A stretch of 63,204 bases of DNA, filler included, from Rhabdomonas costata (GCA_019059605.1; 35 parts of 35 records of this genome joined end to end with filler, not necessarily neighbours in it), one strand, 5' to 3'; shown: positions 23,515-36,257, counted from the first letter of the whole stretch. Notes: generated by a model not told the origin, from the letters alone. Made by a program: numbers and translations.

Positions 23515-24569
23515 TTTTTTGCGGGGGGAAGGTATCCGAGGATGTGCACAATCACCCCGGGCGAGAGGTTCACCAGCAACGGAGGCAGCTTCGGGGGAAC
23601 ATTCTCCTGCACACCCCGCCACTCCCTTCCTCACACAAAAAAGTACAGACGATTCCTGAACCAACCGGCAACAAACGGAGAAAGAACAGAGGAAGCGCCA
23701 TAAAGCAACGTGATTCTGTGCATATATTGCTGAACTGCAAACGGAAACGGGAATGAAACCCACAAACACTTCCTTTCGCAGTCACAAAAGCAGAGCCAAA
23801 GCCTTGCGGGTGAACATGGGAGAAGACTTTGGTGCAGGTGGAAGTTAACACTGAATTTTCCGCGAGAGAACCGAAAGAAACTCAGACACAGACCTTGTTC
23901 AGCAAGAAGTTGCTATTTCGAACAACCGCTGCGGGAGCCACGAAGGGCATGTGCCCTGTCCCTGAAAATAGAGAGGCATACAATTCCAGACCGAAAAAAG
24001 AAAAATGTCTCAACCAGTTTGCACTGCTGCTCTTCCCCGCATATGCATTCGCCAAGCAAACACCTGCGGCCTTCTCACATGGTGTTCGGGGGATGCCTAT
24101 GGTTGGAGAACGCGGGTCCACAGCCGCCACCAGCGCCGCACTCTCCGGCGAAGTGGGCTTCGCGTCTAACTTCAAATTGAGTGGCGGACGGAAGCTGCCC
24201 ATCGTTGACTGGGTCAGAGAATGAGGGATGCCACCACTGGAGGAGTGGGACCGCTGTAGCTTCGCCTGAGAATGATGATTGTGAGCGCGAGTGAGCACAT
24301 AAAGTCCTCTTTTGGTGTTTTAATGGAGGGGGTTCTTGCTGCGGGCTCACGGTTAATGCAGGAAAGGACGGAATAACATCGGACGCTGCAGATGCTTGTT
24401 TGCGCAGACAAGGCCACTTGTTGGTTTATTTTCTGGATTTGGTAACCCTGAGCGGAAAGGAGAGCGAGAGCCACCCTGCAAAATGGAGCGTTGCCTACCT
24501 TCAGGTCGTCCAGAGAGCCCGAAGAGGGAAGCCGGCGAGCACTGGGGCTCACCTTGCTGGGGGAAAAGG
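23515..24569 (-). CDS. Ser/Pro-rich protein with a probable F-box. Exons 24569-24499, 24265-24064, 23961-23894, 23606-<23515
   Basis: Four GT-AG-bounded exons join in phase. The last reads LLVNLSPGVIVHILGYLPPQ, which resembles the F-box core. Confidence 0.6.
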
Positions 24570-25630
24570 CTGCAGAAGAACAAGAACAACGGCAAGGGGG
24601 TTCAGCAGCGTCAAAGTGTGAATGCAGAAAGAAAAATTAACCACGAAGCATACAGGACTCTGAAGATGATGGAGACACCTGAAAAGAACACGGGACAGGA
24701 CAGAGCAGATTTCAACAGATTTCAATCTTTGCATATGGGGTCCGTATCGTTTGTACGCCGTGGTGCTGTGCTGGTGCGCTGCCAGGCTCCCATGTATTTT
24801 TCTCATTATTTATACGGCTCGGCTTGAAGAGCCGCCGAAATCAGTGTTTGCGCACACTGCTCTCTGCCCTGTACGCAGATAAGCTCTGAAGAGCGTTGTT
24901 CCTGCTTTTTCTTCTGGAAGGAAGAAAGGTGAAAGCCCTACATGGTGGTTCTTTCCAAGCGTCGTCTTGAAGTGCCGTAATGGCACAAGTGAGAACCAAT
25001 AATGCCTCGCTACCCTCGCGAACTCCACGCGAAGAGCCGCCATGCTTTCCAGCAGAGACTTTTCAGCAGTATTTAGTCACCACGACTCCCATGAATCAAA
25101 AATGAAATGAGGGGCAGGTTCTGGATCTCACGGATAAATTGCTGTAACAAAAAAACGTCCGATTCAGAGTTTCAAGAACCTTGAATACTACCCAAATTGG
25201 AGAAACTCTCTACCAACAAACANNNNNNNNNNNNNNNNNNNNNNNNNNNNNNNNNNNNNNNNNNNNTTAATTAATTAANNNNNNNNNNNNNNNNNNNNNN
25301 NNNNNNNNNNNNNNNNNNNNNNCCTTCTTTCCACTGCTGCTGTTCCTTCCGCTTGAGACAGGTGTGAGACAGGTGGCTCTGTGTTTCCTGGTTGGGTTGT
25401 TGTGGGTGTGGGTGTGCAAGTGCCTTGCTGTAACCCTGTAGGTACTGTGTGTTGAATCGAGCGGCCCGCGAGACGGTGCTTAACAATGAGTGTGCATGTT
25501 CGTATGTAGAAACTTGCGCAGGGAACCGGGACCATGACAATCAACGGCTGCTTTACCCAATACTTGAAAACGAGCCAGTCAGCCAGCCAGTCCAGCCGGG
25601 CAGTCCATTTCAGACCTCCAAGTCGAGAAG

Positions 25631-26580
25631 TCAGCCGTCTTCTTCTCCATCGTCTTCCTCCTCCTCCTCCTCTTCATCCTCTTCGCTGCCGTCCAGCAGC
25701 CCTACCTGCAGCTCAATGGCAGCCCTGAGATGCTTCACCTGCACCAACGCCCTCACAGCAGTTCCCTCACAGGAGGATGCCGAGCCACAGTTGTCAGGAA
25801 GCCCAGGCAGACGGGGCCGAGCCCGAAGTGTCTCTCGGAGGGCTAGCAGCGCGGCCGTCTCCACGGCGCTGCGAAAGAAAAGCAAACGACCTGAAATAAA
25901 TGGAGAGCTAGTGCCTTCATTGGATTTCAACTTTATCTTCGCGACGATTATACGCACACACGAATCTCGTATATCGCGAGATGAACCCAGCCATTTCAAA
26001 ACACAACAAAAAGCGGGGCACATACACACCTTTGCAGGGCAGCCGGGGGCACGCCCAGCAGCGAGGGTAAAAGGGCCTCCAAAGGTCCACCCTCAGACCC
26101 GAACTCAAACTCGGGGTGCGCCTTGGTACGGCCCAAAAAGGCTTGCAGCAACCCACTCACCTGCGAGACCACACACAGAGGTGCACAGCCTCATTCAGGC
26201 TGGCCTTTGGCTGGAAAATTCTCGTGTGCAGCAAAAGAGAGCATCCCCCCTGCCAATGGCGATGGTTTGGAGATGTCAAAATCTTTCATTTTTCTACTGA
26301 GAAAGTGATATTAAATTCCCAAATCAGCTTCCGGCAGCATGGATCTGAACGAACATTTCGCCATGGACTGGGCCACCGGAGGTGGGCCACCTGAGTAGGT
26401 TGTGTGGGAAGGCCCAGCTCGAGATGCACGTCCAGCCGCCCACTGCGTAGCACAGAGGGGTCGACCAAGGCCTTGTCTGTGGTCGCCGCGACAACAATCA
26501 CCGTGGTGCCTGCGTGGCTGGCGATTCCGTCCATCTCAATCAGAAGCGTGCTGAGGCTGCGGTCAGTCGCGGAACAATGC
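25631..26580 (-). CDS. AAA+ ATPase (CDC48/AFG2-like), 3' part with an acidic tail. Exons 26580-26391, 26160-26030, 25868-25631
   Basis: LSTLLIEMDG...VIVVAATT..LVDPSVLRSGRLD (second region of homology) and lid motif ETAALLALRE. Exon phases agree. Confidence 0.85.
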
Positions 26581-26789
26581 CTGGAGTGGAGATAAAGAAA
26601 AAAGCACAGCCCGGGACCTGCCTGCCAGACAAGCCTCGTCCAACGAAGAGGTTAAAACAGAACAACAACGGTGCATGCACGGGGATGTTAAATCGGATAA
26701 AATTTTTGAGGATTCAACGATTAGCAATGCGTGCCCAGCGCTCAGCTCGCAGCTCGGGTCGACGATGGTTCAGCCCCACCGTCTCCGGA

Positions 26790-26950
26790 GTCTCCAGCTT
26801 CGAGAACAACTTCGCCTTTCCAGCGTGATCAATCATCTTGTCAATTCTGGGTAAAGGGTACGCATCTGTATACGCAATTGAATTAAGCGGTCTTTAATCA
26901 ACACACAGCCGCAACTTACCTTTGGCCTTTGGAACGAACAGCACACCCCA
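26790..26950 (-). mobile_element. Ty3/gypsy LTR retrotransposon RT fragment (pseudogene)
   Basis: VLFVPKAKGKLRLCVD*RPLNSIAYTDAYPLPRIDKMIDHAGKAKLFSKL. The Tyr of CVDYR is replaced by TAA (26894-26896). Confidence 0.88.
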
Positions 26951-28319
26951 TCCTCATCTGGTCATTCTTTGCAACTTCATCGCGATCACCATAATCCTCT
27001 GGTAAAATTCCCACTGGGTCTAACACCACCCNNNNNNNNNNNNNNNNNNNNNNNNNNNNNNNNNNNNNNNNNNNNTTAATTAATTAANNNNNNNNNNNNN
27101 NNNNNNNNNNNNNNNNNNNNNNNNNNNNNNNGGGTTTTTGTCCATCAAATAGGTTAAAAAAAAATGAAGTGGATAATAAATAGAGTGCCCCGCCTTATTT
27201 TTTTTTAACCTATTTGATGGGCAAAATCCGCCAGGGCCACCTCCGGACTGTTCCGGGGGGGGGGGGTAAAAACCTGAAAAAGAATGGAATTTTTTCATAA
27301 GTTTTCAGGTCAAAAAAATCCGGTTTGTTGTGCGGATAAGATTTTCTGGGCAAGGGGATTTTCAAATTAGATTTTTTTGGGCTATTTAGTTAGTGGGACG
27401 ATGGGGCGGCAAATTTCAAAACAAGCAAGTTGGGCAAAGTTCAATAAGGTAAGGGTGGAAGGAGGAAAGCGGTACCGAATGAACCTAAAAGCAGGGAGAA
27501 AAGCACAAATGAGACAACGGGTTTTGAGCCGCGGAGATACTGTAGCTATTGAAAACCAGGAGGCCAGAAAGGGCACTTTGTTTGGAGGGGATTGCTTTGA
27601 AAGGATATATGTATATCCTTGATATTATATATGTATGGGAATTGTGGGGGGACCCACCCACATGTTTGGTTGCATGGGATCATAATAGATGGGGTGTGCG
27701 GGGAATACCGGCTGTGGCGCTAAGGAGCTTTCAAGCCCCAATGGAAAGGGCTATCAACCGACATCCGGAAATCGGGGACCAAGCCGGCTGCCAGGGCGCT
27801 TCCCAAGCCAGTGTGTTAACCCAACGACGGTTTTCCCCAAACAAGTGGCCCCCACCCGGACGGACGGACAGGACATAACAGGACATAACAGCACACATCG
27901 AGTTGGCGACGACCGACTGCCACGACGACCTGCCCTGAAAGGCCGCGTGCAAAATTCCTGCGCCTGGTTGGAATCGGTTCATTGGGGTTTTCCGGATTTT
28001 TTCGAGTTCAGGTGGTTGTCCCATGATTTTGGGAAGTGCTCGATTTCTAAACGACCCCCAAAAATTTAGGTCAAAGGCCCACTTGCCAAAATTAAACTGG
28101 GACCACAAAAGTGCAATTTGAACTCAAGGGTGCAACCCATTAAATTTGAAATGATGAAGGCGGAACTACACGAGGAAAGCCACGGAACAAAAAAACCACG
28201 CTCCTCTCACAGCAAAAGTGCACGGAGCACACACTGTTCACCCACAATTTCCCCCGCACAAGAATTCTTCTTCTGGTGAGCAAAAACGGCGGGTGGTGTA
28301 GGCTGCCCAGAAGGCCTTT

Positions 28320-28637
28320 TCAAACGTCCGCCACCGTGACCTCGACATCCACGCCAGGCTCAATGTTGATGGAGGTCTGTCCCGCGAAATATCCATGCAT
28401 AGAAAGAGGGATCGGGGATCTCAAAATGGGAATTCGACCTGTCTGTTGGAAGGTTTTGCAAACGGCTTTGTGGTGGCTTGCAAACAAACCTCAAAGACGG
28501 TAAAGAGCAAAGTCTTGATGATGTAAGCGAAAGAGGAAACCGCGACTATAGTGGGCAGTGAGGGACATACAATCTGCTTCACCACATCGCTGGGGCTGTG
28601 CAGGTCGATGTAGCGCTTGTGGATTCGCATCTGGAAT
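28320..28637 (-). CDS. RPS20: 40S ribosomal protein uS10 (S20), 3' part. Exons 28637-28571 and 28376-28320
   Basis: [44 protein letters not shown] intron. Confidence 0.97.
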
Positions 28638-28982
28638 CTGCGCCGTACACACACACAAAAAAAAAGAAAAAGGAAAGGGAGAGAAAGAGGACAAAAGAAG
28701 AGAAAAGAATGGAAGACAATCAACGGTGAAGTAAAGACAATCATTTCGGAAAAACGGCAAACACACCTCTGAGCAAACGCTCTCACGTATCTCTAGACAA
28801 CATGACCAACACATGCTTTGGCATGAAGAAACGTTTTGCTATNNNNNNNNNNNNNNNNNNNNNNNNNNNNNNNNNNNNNNNNNNNNTTAATTAATTAANN
28901 NNNNNNNNNNNNNNNNNNNNNNNNNNNNNNNNNNNNNNNNNNGGGGGGTTGGTCTGTGACCCTTATTTAATGGAAAAAAAAG

Positions 28983-30169
28983 TATTTCGACTCCGCGGGT
29001 GTGCCTGTGCTGGAGCTGGACTACGGGGTCCCGGCCGAGGACCAGTCCACCTTTCACCTTCTCGCCAGCGGAACGAGCATCCAAAGTCTCAGCTCCACGC
29101 TGCGGGGCCTGCTCAGTGGGCTCAGGCAGAGGCTGTTTGCGTTCCTGGCCACCCCCGAAGGGACCCTCCTGGGGGCCTCCCATGGAAAGTTCTTCTCTCA
29201 CAGCGACGTGAACTACAGCGGCAACAACCCTTTCACCAACCCCCCACCGGTGGCCAACTTCCAGAGGTGCGTGGCACGGTGAAGTGAGTGAGAGATTGTG
29301 GATAAGCATCTTCACACAACTCGACCAGTCGGGTCGACGGTCACTTGTGGGGCTATGTCATTCCGCAGGCAGCTCCGCTGCAAGAAAAAGAACAATTGTA
29401 TCCTCTTTCAGATGCGGCAAGTGTGGGAAGGAGTTACCATGCAGGGAAATGCAGATCACCGTGGTACCCGCGGGTCATGTGACCACAATGACAGACGAGA
29501 CGGCAAGACCTTCGAGACTGCCTGGTGACGTCATACAGCGCGCACTTAGCATTGTGGAACTGGAACCCGACGGTCCGGGATAACAGCTAGGCCGGAAGGG
29601 AAAACGTCTCATTCCCTCTTTCAACCGCTGTAGATCTATTCTTATTCAGTGCCCTCTAGGTGGTTGTGGTTTCTTTAAAGCCTAGGCATCGAGACTAGAT
29701 TAACTGCACGCCTTCCACCCCAATAAACTTCACGTCAACGCGTGCCCTACTGGCCGCCTGAGGGAACGCAGGGTTTGTACTACCGGCCCTCACTTTTTGC
29801 CCTTGGTTCGAACCTGAGGATTGTGACGCCCCCCGCCCCACCCAGATCTACTCGAATCTCCCTCGCATTCCCAGCGCCTGGACGAACTGGCAACCCTTGG
29901 AAACCTTGCCCGCCTCTTTGCGTCGTTCATCCTCGGGGCTAGTTAACAAACTTGCGGTATGCTTCCCTTATCCCGCATTCTCTTGACATGTGCTTTTTTG
30001 ACAACACCGCAGATACACACCGCTGAACTCCACTGACCCCGCCATCCAGGCCGCCGCGGTGTGGCTGCTGGACACGTTCCTCTCGTGGGATGCCATTCCG
30101 GAGCTCAACACAAGCCTTGTTTTGAACGGGCTCCGGTACTGCCTCGGCACCGAGATCATCGTCACCGAG
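28983..30169 (+). CDS. Extracellular dCache-like sensor region of a receptor, possibly a receptor cyclase. Exons 28983-29266 and 30013-30169
   Basis: LSSTLRGL...LFAFLATPEGTLLGAS...NSTDPAIQAAAVWLLDTF...LNGLRY resembles bacterial dCache domains (GxLxAxS; SxDPxIxA). The intron is in phase. Confidence 0.55.
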
Positions 30170-30756
30170 GTGCTCCCTGGAGCCATTTCTGTTGGTTTTT
30201 TTTAGCGGGCTCTGGCGAAACCATACCGAAATTGGTGCTTGAGTGCCTACTGCCCCGGTCACGTCCCATTCTGGCGGCTTTGCGTTTGAGACAAAGCCTG
30301 TCCTTTCTCCTGCCCGTCTCGGTCGCCCGAGTGGGAATTGGATTCTGTTTATTCAGCCGTTGCTGCAAGTCTAGAAGTCAAGAAAATAAATGACAATACT
30401 CGATTTAAAAGGGGGCAACCCCTTGGGAAAAATGGACAATAAATCACCCTGTCGCTTGCAAACGCTTGTCAGGTCCAGTTTCCTGCCGATAATGACTGTT
30501 TACCATGAAGCGTTTTGAAAATACTTCACTTCCGCGGACAACGGCGCCTGGGCCATATTTTAGGCTCGTTTTTCTCCTGTTTTGTTGTCACGGCACTGCG
30601 GCACTGGCACATGAGTTCGGGAGTGCAACAAAACAGGAGAAAAACAAACCCNNNNNNNNNNNNNNNNNNNNNNNNNNNNNNNNNNNNNNNNNNNNTTAAT
30701 TAATTAANNNNNNNNNNNNNNNNNNNNNNNNNNNNNNNNNNNNNNNNNNNNTGGTT

Positions 30757-30844
30757 GGATCCTGTCAAGCAGCGCCGGTACCAGCCTCTCACCCACCCAT
30801 TAGGGACTTAGGGAGGCTGGTACCGGCGCTGCTTGACAGGATCC
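30757..30844. repeat. Perfect 32-bp inverted repeat (30757-30788 / 30813-30844) with a 24-nt loop
   Basis: GGATCCTGTCAAGCAGCGCCGGTACCAGCCTC and its exact reverse complement. Confidence 0.95.
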
Positions 30845-30857
30845 CACTACCACTCAG

Positions 30858-32431
30858 CAGTCCTGCCTGAAGATTCTGCACAGCCTGAGGCTTGTCCGCA
30901 AGTACATCCCGCAGGCCGTGCTGCAGCACCTGAAGTCGGAGGGCGACGACCACTCTGAGGACGGGGAGGATGAGAACGGTGGCAACGGCGGGGATGCTGT
31001 GGATGTGTGCACCCCCTCCCCCTTCCCATGAATTCACCAGCCCTGAGCCGATCTCTCAAACTCACCGACCCGGTGGGAGGGACCAGTTGATTTTGTTCTG
31101 TGTGTCTTTGCTCTTCTGACTCATGTGGGCAGATCTTCCCTGAGGAAGTGGAAAATTCCCCTCACTTTGCCATTATTTTGGAATCTTTTGTCCCAACTTT
31201 GAAAACCTAAGTAATGCGGTGTCATTGCTATGGAGTGTTCATGGCTCTAGGCAAAATGTGGGTGTCTCACCCGGTTTAACCGCGAATCGACTCCATGACC
31301 TGCTTCCGCTGCGCAGGGCCAGGGCGACATCGGTCCGAACGGCACCCACACCCACGTTCCAGAGAGCGGCAGCATGACCTCCCTTGACCTGATTACCCCC
31401 GAAGCCCACAAGCCTCAAACTCGAGCCCGGCCGCGCAGCAGCATGGGCAGCGCCTTGGGCAGCGTGTGTACCGACCCCGAAGGCAACCCAGCCGGGATCA
31501 CAGGGCAGGTGCCGGGGTGCAAGGCGGTTTCTCCCCCGCGGCGGCTCAGTGCGTCCAGTCGGCTGTCCAGGGCGGGCCCCAGCGGGGTGCACAGTTGCTC
31601 CACCCGTGTGACGCGGCGCGGGGTGTGTGGGGGTCTGTGTGTGTGTGTGTTTATGTGAGGACCGTAAATACTGACACGGATACCGGTTTGGATTCCAGCC
31701 GACTTCTTTGTCTGACATTATCCTTACCAGTTACCCTTAATACCCCGCTGTGTGTGTGTGTGTGTGTGCGAGCGTTCGTGTGTGTGTGGATGGGCACGGC
31801 GTACACCCTCACCCCAATGCCCATCGTGTCGTCCAGCACGAACAGCAGCATCGTGAACGCCCCCCCAAAAAAAACAGGTGTGCAGAACAAGCAGCACGAG
31901 GACACGCCACAGCACACCGCGCCAAGGCGCCTTGTGTGTGTGTGTGTGTGTGTGTGTGCTTTGGGGTCATGGTCTATACGTGCTCCATTTCTTTTCCGAC
32001 GGCCCGGCAGATTTTCCTCCAACCACCCATACCTCCAACCACACCCAAACAGACTGAAACACTTTGATTGATTGACGGTTATGTGTTTCGCTGTGTTTCA
32101 ACTCAACTCAAAAACTCAGAGAGGTTTGTTGTGATCCCGAACTCCTCGGTTTCTAAAAATTTTCCCAGCATTGCATGCAACCCTTGGAACTCGGAGCGCG
32201 GCAGCACGCACCCATTCATTCACCACATGGAGCGACTTGTGCGTGTCACTTATGCGTGATGCCTGTCACTTATTTGTGTGCATCAGTCCAAACATACTTT
32301 CGGTCCACGTTCGACAGATCGCGGTGTTGTACGCGCGGATAACCAACATGGCAGAGCTGCTCAAGTTCAATGTTGCCGAGACGATCATGGTGTACAACAA
32401 CTTCATCAAAACGGTTGTGGAGGGGGCCTCG
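30858..32431 (+). CDS. Class III nucleotidyl cyclase-like protein (probably degenerate). Exons 30858-31004, 31317-~31607 and 32318-32431
   Basis: Pre-cyclase helix SLRLVRKYIPQAVL, a low-complexity linker, then IAVLYARITNMAELL...VYNNFIKTVV, resembling the VTVLFxDIxGFT...LNxF start of a cyclase. The junction into the last exon is unresolved. Confidence 0.55.
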
Positions 32432-32612
32432 GTGAAATCGCTATGGAGATCATACAAAACCACNNNNNNNNNNNNNNNNNNNNNNNNNNNNNNNNNNNNN
32501 NNNNNNNTTAATTAATTAANNNNNNNNNNNNNNNNNNNNNNNNNNNNNNNNNNNNNNNNNNNNTTTTGGTCGGGTGCTCGGAGAGGGAAGCCGGACGCTG
32601 CTGGGGAACTTT

Positions 32613-34003
32613 CTACAGCTTCAGCCTGGGATCCGCAAAGGTGCCCTTGCTGTACTCGAACTTCACGCCCTGCTCGACCTCTCGCATGGCCTTCAGGCAG
32701 AGCTCATCGCGGTACGGAAGGGCCACGACTTGCACCCCAACGGGAAGCCCTGCCGTGCCTGAGAACGCATGCAGTGTGGACTTGGAAGAGTGGGGATCGT
32801 GAAGACTCGAAGGACGCGAAACAAAACGAAACAAGAGAGAAATCCCGTATCCATGTGTGGGGTTAAACTTTGCCCAAAACGTGATACCAACCCTGACATC
32901 GCTGGCTCCAGCCGGAAATCGAGAGTCTTTTCAAAACTCTCATGCCTGCACAACTTAAAACTTCAGTGCGTTACACCGTAAACTCAAACCACATGGCTAG
33001 GTTCAAACCCGACCTTACCCCTTTTCCAGAAAGTGCCGGTCACAGAATTTACAATTCGCTTCAAGGGCAGCACAAACACGGAATCACCCCCCCCCCAAAA
33101 GAATCGGTGTACTAGTCCCTTCGAAGCACTCGTATCTAAATGCTTTTGGGTCCACCACCAAGAAAACTTTCTGGGCCCATCACATAACAGGTCCCCAGAC
33201 AACAGGAATTCTACAAGCTAATAAGACTCCGAATATTGGAAAACCGTAGCACACCATTTTCTGAGTTTTCGGGTGTAACTTACCTTATACCTGAAGTCAG
33301 AGTGAATTACCGAAGCCCGCGGCACACCCTTCTTTATTCTCCATCCCGTCCTAAGGGCTCCCCACTGCAGCGCTTGGCTTCTGTCCTGCTCTAAACGGTG
33401 CCTACTATGAGATGTTTAAGGAGCGTATTTTACGTACGTTCTCCCCAAAAAATAAAAATATAAAAAAGAAAAGGTACTACCGAAAAACGTCACCCAGGAT
33501 TTGAACCGCGGGTCAGGGGTAAAGATGCGGAGGCAGATGACAGGGTATGTGCAATACACAAAAGCATAGCACGCAGTGAGGTGTCGTCGGGAAATGGGAA
33601 GTCGGCGAAGAAAGTGCCCGGATTCGGGGAAATCCAGAATGCCGACAAACCTCGGAGGGAGGCCTCCGCGGCAGACGTCACCGGATCCTTAAACTTGGAC
33701 TGGTACACCTCCTCATCCTGTGTTGGTGTTTTTAACATACAGGGCCCATCTTGTAAAGGGAGCAGTCCTCCATGAAAAACCTCCGCTTGAAACAACAAAG
33801 CCTTACCAACACTGACCGCGAAACTCGGAAAAAGAACGTTCAGTGTTGGTTCAATCAATCGACACAAACAGCCAATTGCTTCGCAGCGCTAGCTACAGCA
33901 CATGCCTGGCGCACTCGGACCACGGGGACGGTACCCGCAGGGAAGTGGAGGTTGTTCCACGCCAGGGTGTATGAGCAGGCCTGGAACAGCGACTTGGACT
34001 CGC
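32613..34003 (-). CDS. Amidase-signature (FAAH-like) hydrolase, 3' part. Exons 34003-33906, 33717-33651, 32758-32613
   Basis: CSYTLAWNNLHFPAGTVPV...GLPVGVQVVALPYRDELCLKAMREVE matches the FAAH C-terminus. Exon phases agree. Confidence 0.88.
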
Positions 34004-35797
34004 CTTCGCGATAATGAAGAAAAACAAAAGGGAACTCGCATTAGTTTCACAAAAAGTGAAGAAGAGGTCCGAGAATCCCGGGGGTGGGAGGCATCTACCT
34101 GTTGAAAGAATTGGACATACCGCCAAGTGACCAACGCAGTGTTGACCAGAATTATTATTATTATGCCCATAACGCAAACGCATACATTAAAGCCGGTGAC
34201 ATGGCAAAGAGGTGTTTGTCTGAACTTAGGTGTTTCCATTCCGCTGTGAAGGATTTTGAATATCGCAACTATNNNNNNNNNNNNNNNNNNNNNNNNNNNN
34301 NNNNNNNNNNNNNNNNTTAATTAATTAANNNNNNNNNNNNNNNNNNNNNNNNNNNNNNNNNNNNNNNNNNNNTTTGTGTGGTTATTCTGGCTTCACAATT
34401 TCCTAACAGTCCTCGCCCCCGTCCTCCTTTTCCCGTTCCTTGCTTGTAAATGTTCTCTGATTTCTGTTCCGTTATGTTCGTGTACGCGGCAGCGCCATCG
34501 CTAATGTCAATACCCCCCGGTGTCCGAACTTCATCGTGAGGGCAGTTACTCTTCCAGCTCGTTCCCACCTGCCTGCTCTCCTGCCCCCCATCCATGCCTG
34601 CCCTTGCTTGGTGGATGATGCGCCATTGGATGCTTGCTGCATATTTCTCGAGAGTCGAAACAACCCTGCTCAGCTGCGAGGGACGCGCCCCCTGTTTCTA
34701 AAATCTCCACCGTTCTGCGGCATCCGTCCGTGACCGTTCGCAAGACATCATCTTTTCCACCGAACCGGCGTGCTCGGCCCCACTTTATGCTTGGGCTAAA
34801 AACGAAGTGTTTCGTAAGAGGGCATCCAAAAGAATAAAAATAACCACGCCAGTCATGAAGGCGCAGAAACATCGGCAACATGAACAAAACGGGGATGTTC
34901 CGCTGTGAGGGAGCGCGGTGGTTGCTCAGCCTGCCAGATCAAACATAAAAACTAAACAGGAGAGAGAAGATAAGAATAGATAAGCCGATCGCTTGGACAA
35001 CGACACACACCTTCAGCCACGGCAACAACAGGTGATTCCGCCTCGAAGCCCCGACTTTCGCCTCAACGCAACAGTGACGGTTCCCGCCACATTTTTAAAA
35101 CAGGGAAAACCAACCCAAGAGTATCCAGATCATCGCCTCTCCACTGCATTTTCGGGAATTCACACAGACGAATGAAACTCTACGCTAATGAAAGCCAAAA
35201 GTGATACCTTACCAGAATCATACTTTAACGGGCAACAGCAGATATAGTGCCGAAACATTCGCCTGACGCACTTCACGTTAAATCAAAATGCTATGTTATC
35301 CAGTGGGGAAACCGCGTTGTGCACCAACTCAGTCAAAAAGAAACGAAGCCTCCATTCGAAGTTCTAAACAGCCTCAGTTTGTGCGCATTTTTCCGCTCTG
35401 CTTGGAGTTTACCTTTACCAAACCATAACTGCAGATGTTCTACTTCGACCGTGTAAGAGCGCTAAACTTTTAGCTATGTTAAACGTTTAACGCCCCCCCC
35501 CCGTTTTTTCACTTCAAACCTTTGTGACGACCGGACTCGTTATGGTTCAAGGAGAGAGGGGGACAGAAACAAGAGTACTAGCTCCTTCTCTGAGGTGGAC
35601 TCTGTTTCAAACAGAGCGTGCCCCCAAATTTCGGTCAAGGGTCGTTCATGGCGGTAATTCCCTTGATGTTGCGTCGGTGCTTTGTGAGTTTTCTCGCTGC
35701 CATTTTACTGTCCTGGTGGTTCATAGGCCTTACCCTGGAACCCACTCCACAGAAAATGATACTTCTTTTTAAGTTTGTTCTACCTTTGGCTAATGTC

Positions 35798-36077
35798 TTT
35801 TTCATGTCTTCAAACTTCCACCATCCGAAAAATTTTGGCATGACACAGCACGGGTGAATGAGTTTGCACCAAAGAAGAAACGATGTCGAGCAAACCACCC
35901 TGCAAGCGAGTTCCTGTGACTCCGGATGAGCTCACAAGAGTGAGAAAAATGGAGGGGTCCGCACCGAGGGGCGGGGAGGTTCCAGCAGGACCGGCTCCGG
36001 CGAGGATTGCCGTCTCTGTGCACGACGTGTGTCATGCCAAAATTTTTCGGATGGTGGAAGTTTGAAGACATGAAAAA
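35798..36077. repeat. Perfect 50-bp inverted repeat (35798-35847 / 36028-36077) enclosing 180 bp
   Basis: TTTTTCATGTCTTCAAACTTCCACCATCCGAAAAATTTTGGCATGACACA and its exact reverse complement. Confidence 0.95.
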
Positions 36078-36257
36078 CACAANNNNNNNNNNNNNNNNNN
36101 NNNNNNNNNNNNNNNNNNNNNNNNNNTTAATTAATTAANNNNNNNNNNNNNNNNNNNNNNNNNNNNNNNNNNNNNNNNNNNNGGGGTGTGGGTGTGACCG
36201 AAATGTGTGATTTCCGAAGTCGAGGTTTCCTTCTTCTCTGCAGGGTTGGGTGTGCAG

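Noticed and set aside
31790-31930. GC-rich segment between (TG)n runs, as an exon or an antisense TM fragment
   Set aside because: No consistent splice sites, and the antisense reading needs a frameshift. Unresolved.
33488-33514. tRNA T-arm-like GGTTCAAATCC on the minus strand
   Set aside because: No D arm, anticodon arm or acceptor stem could be built. It lies inside an amidase intron.
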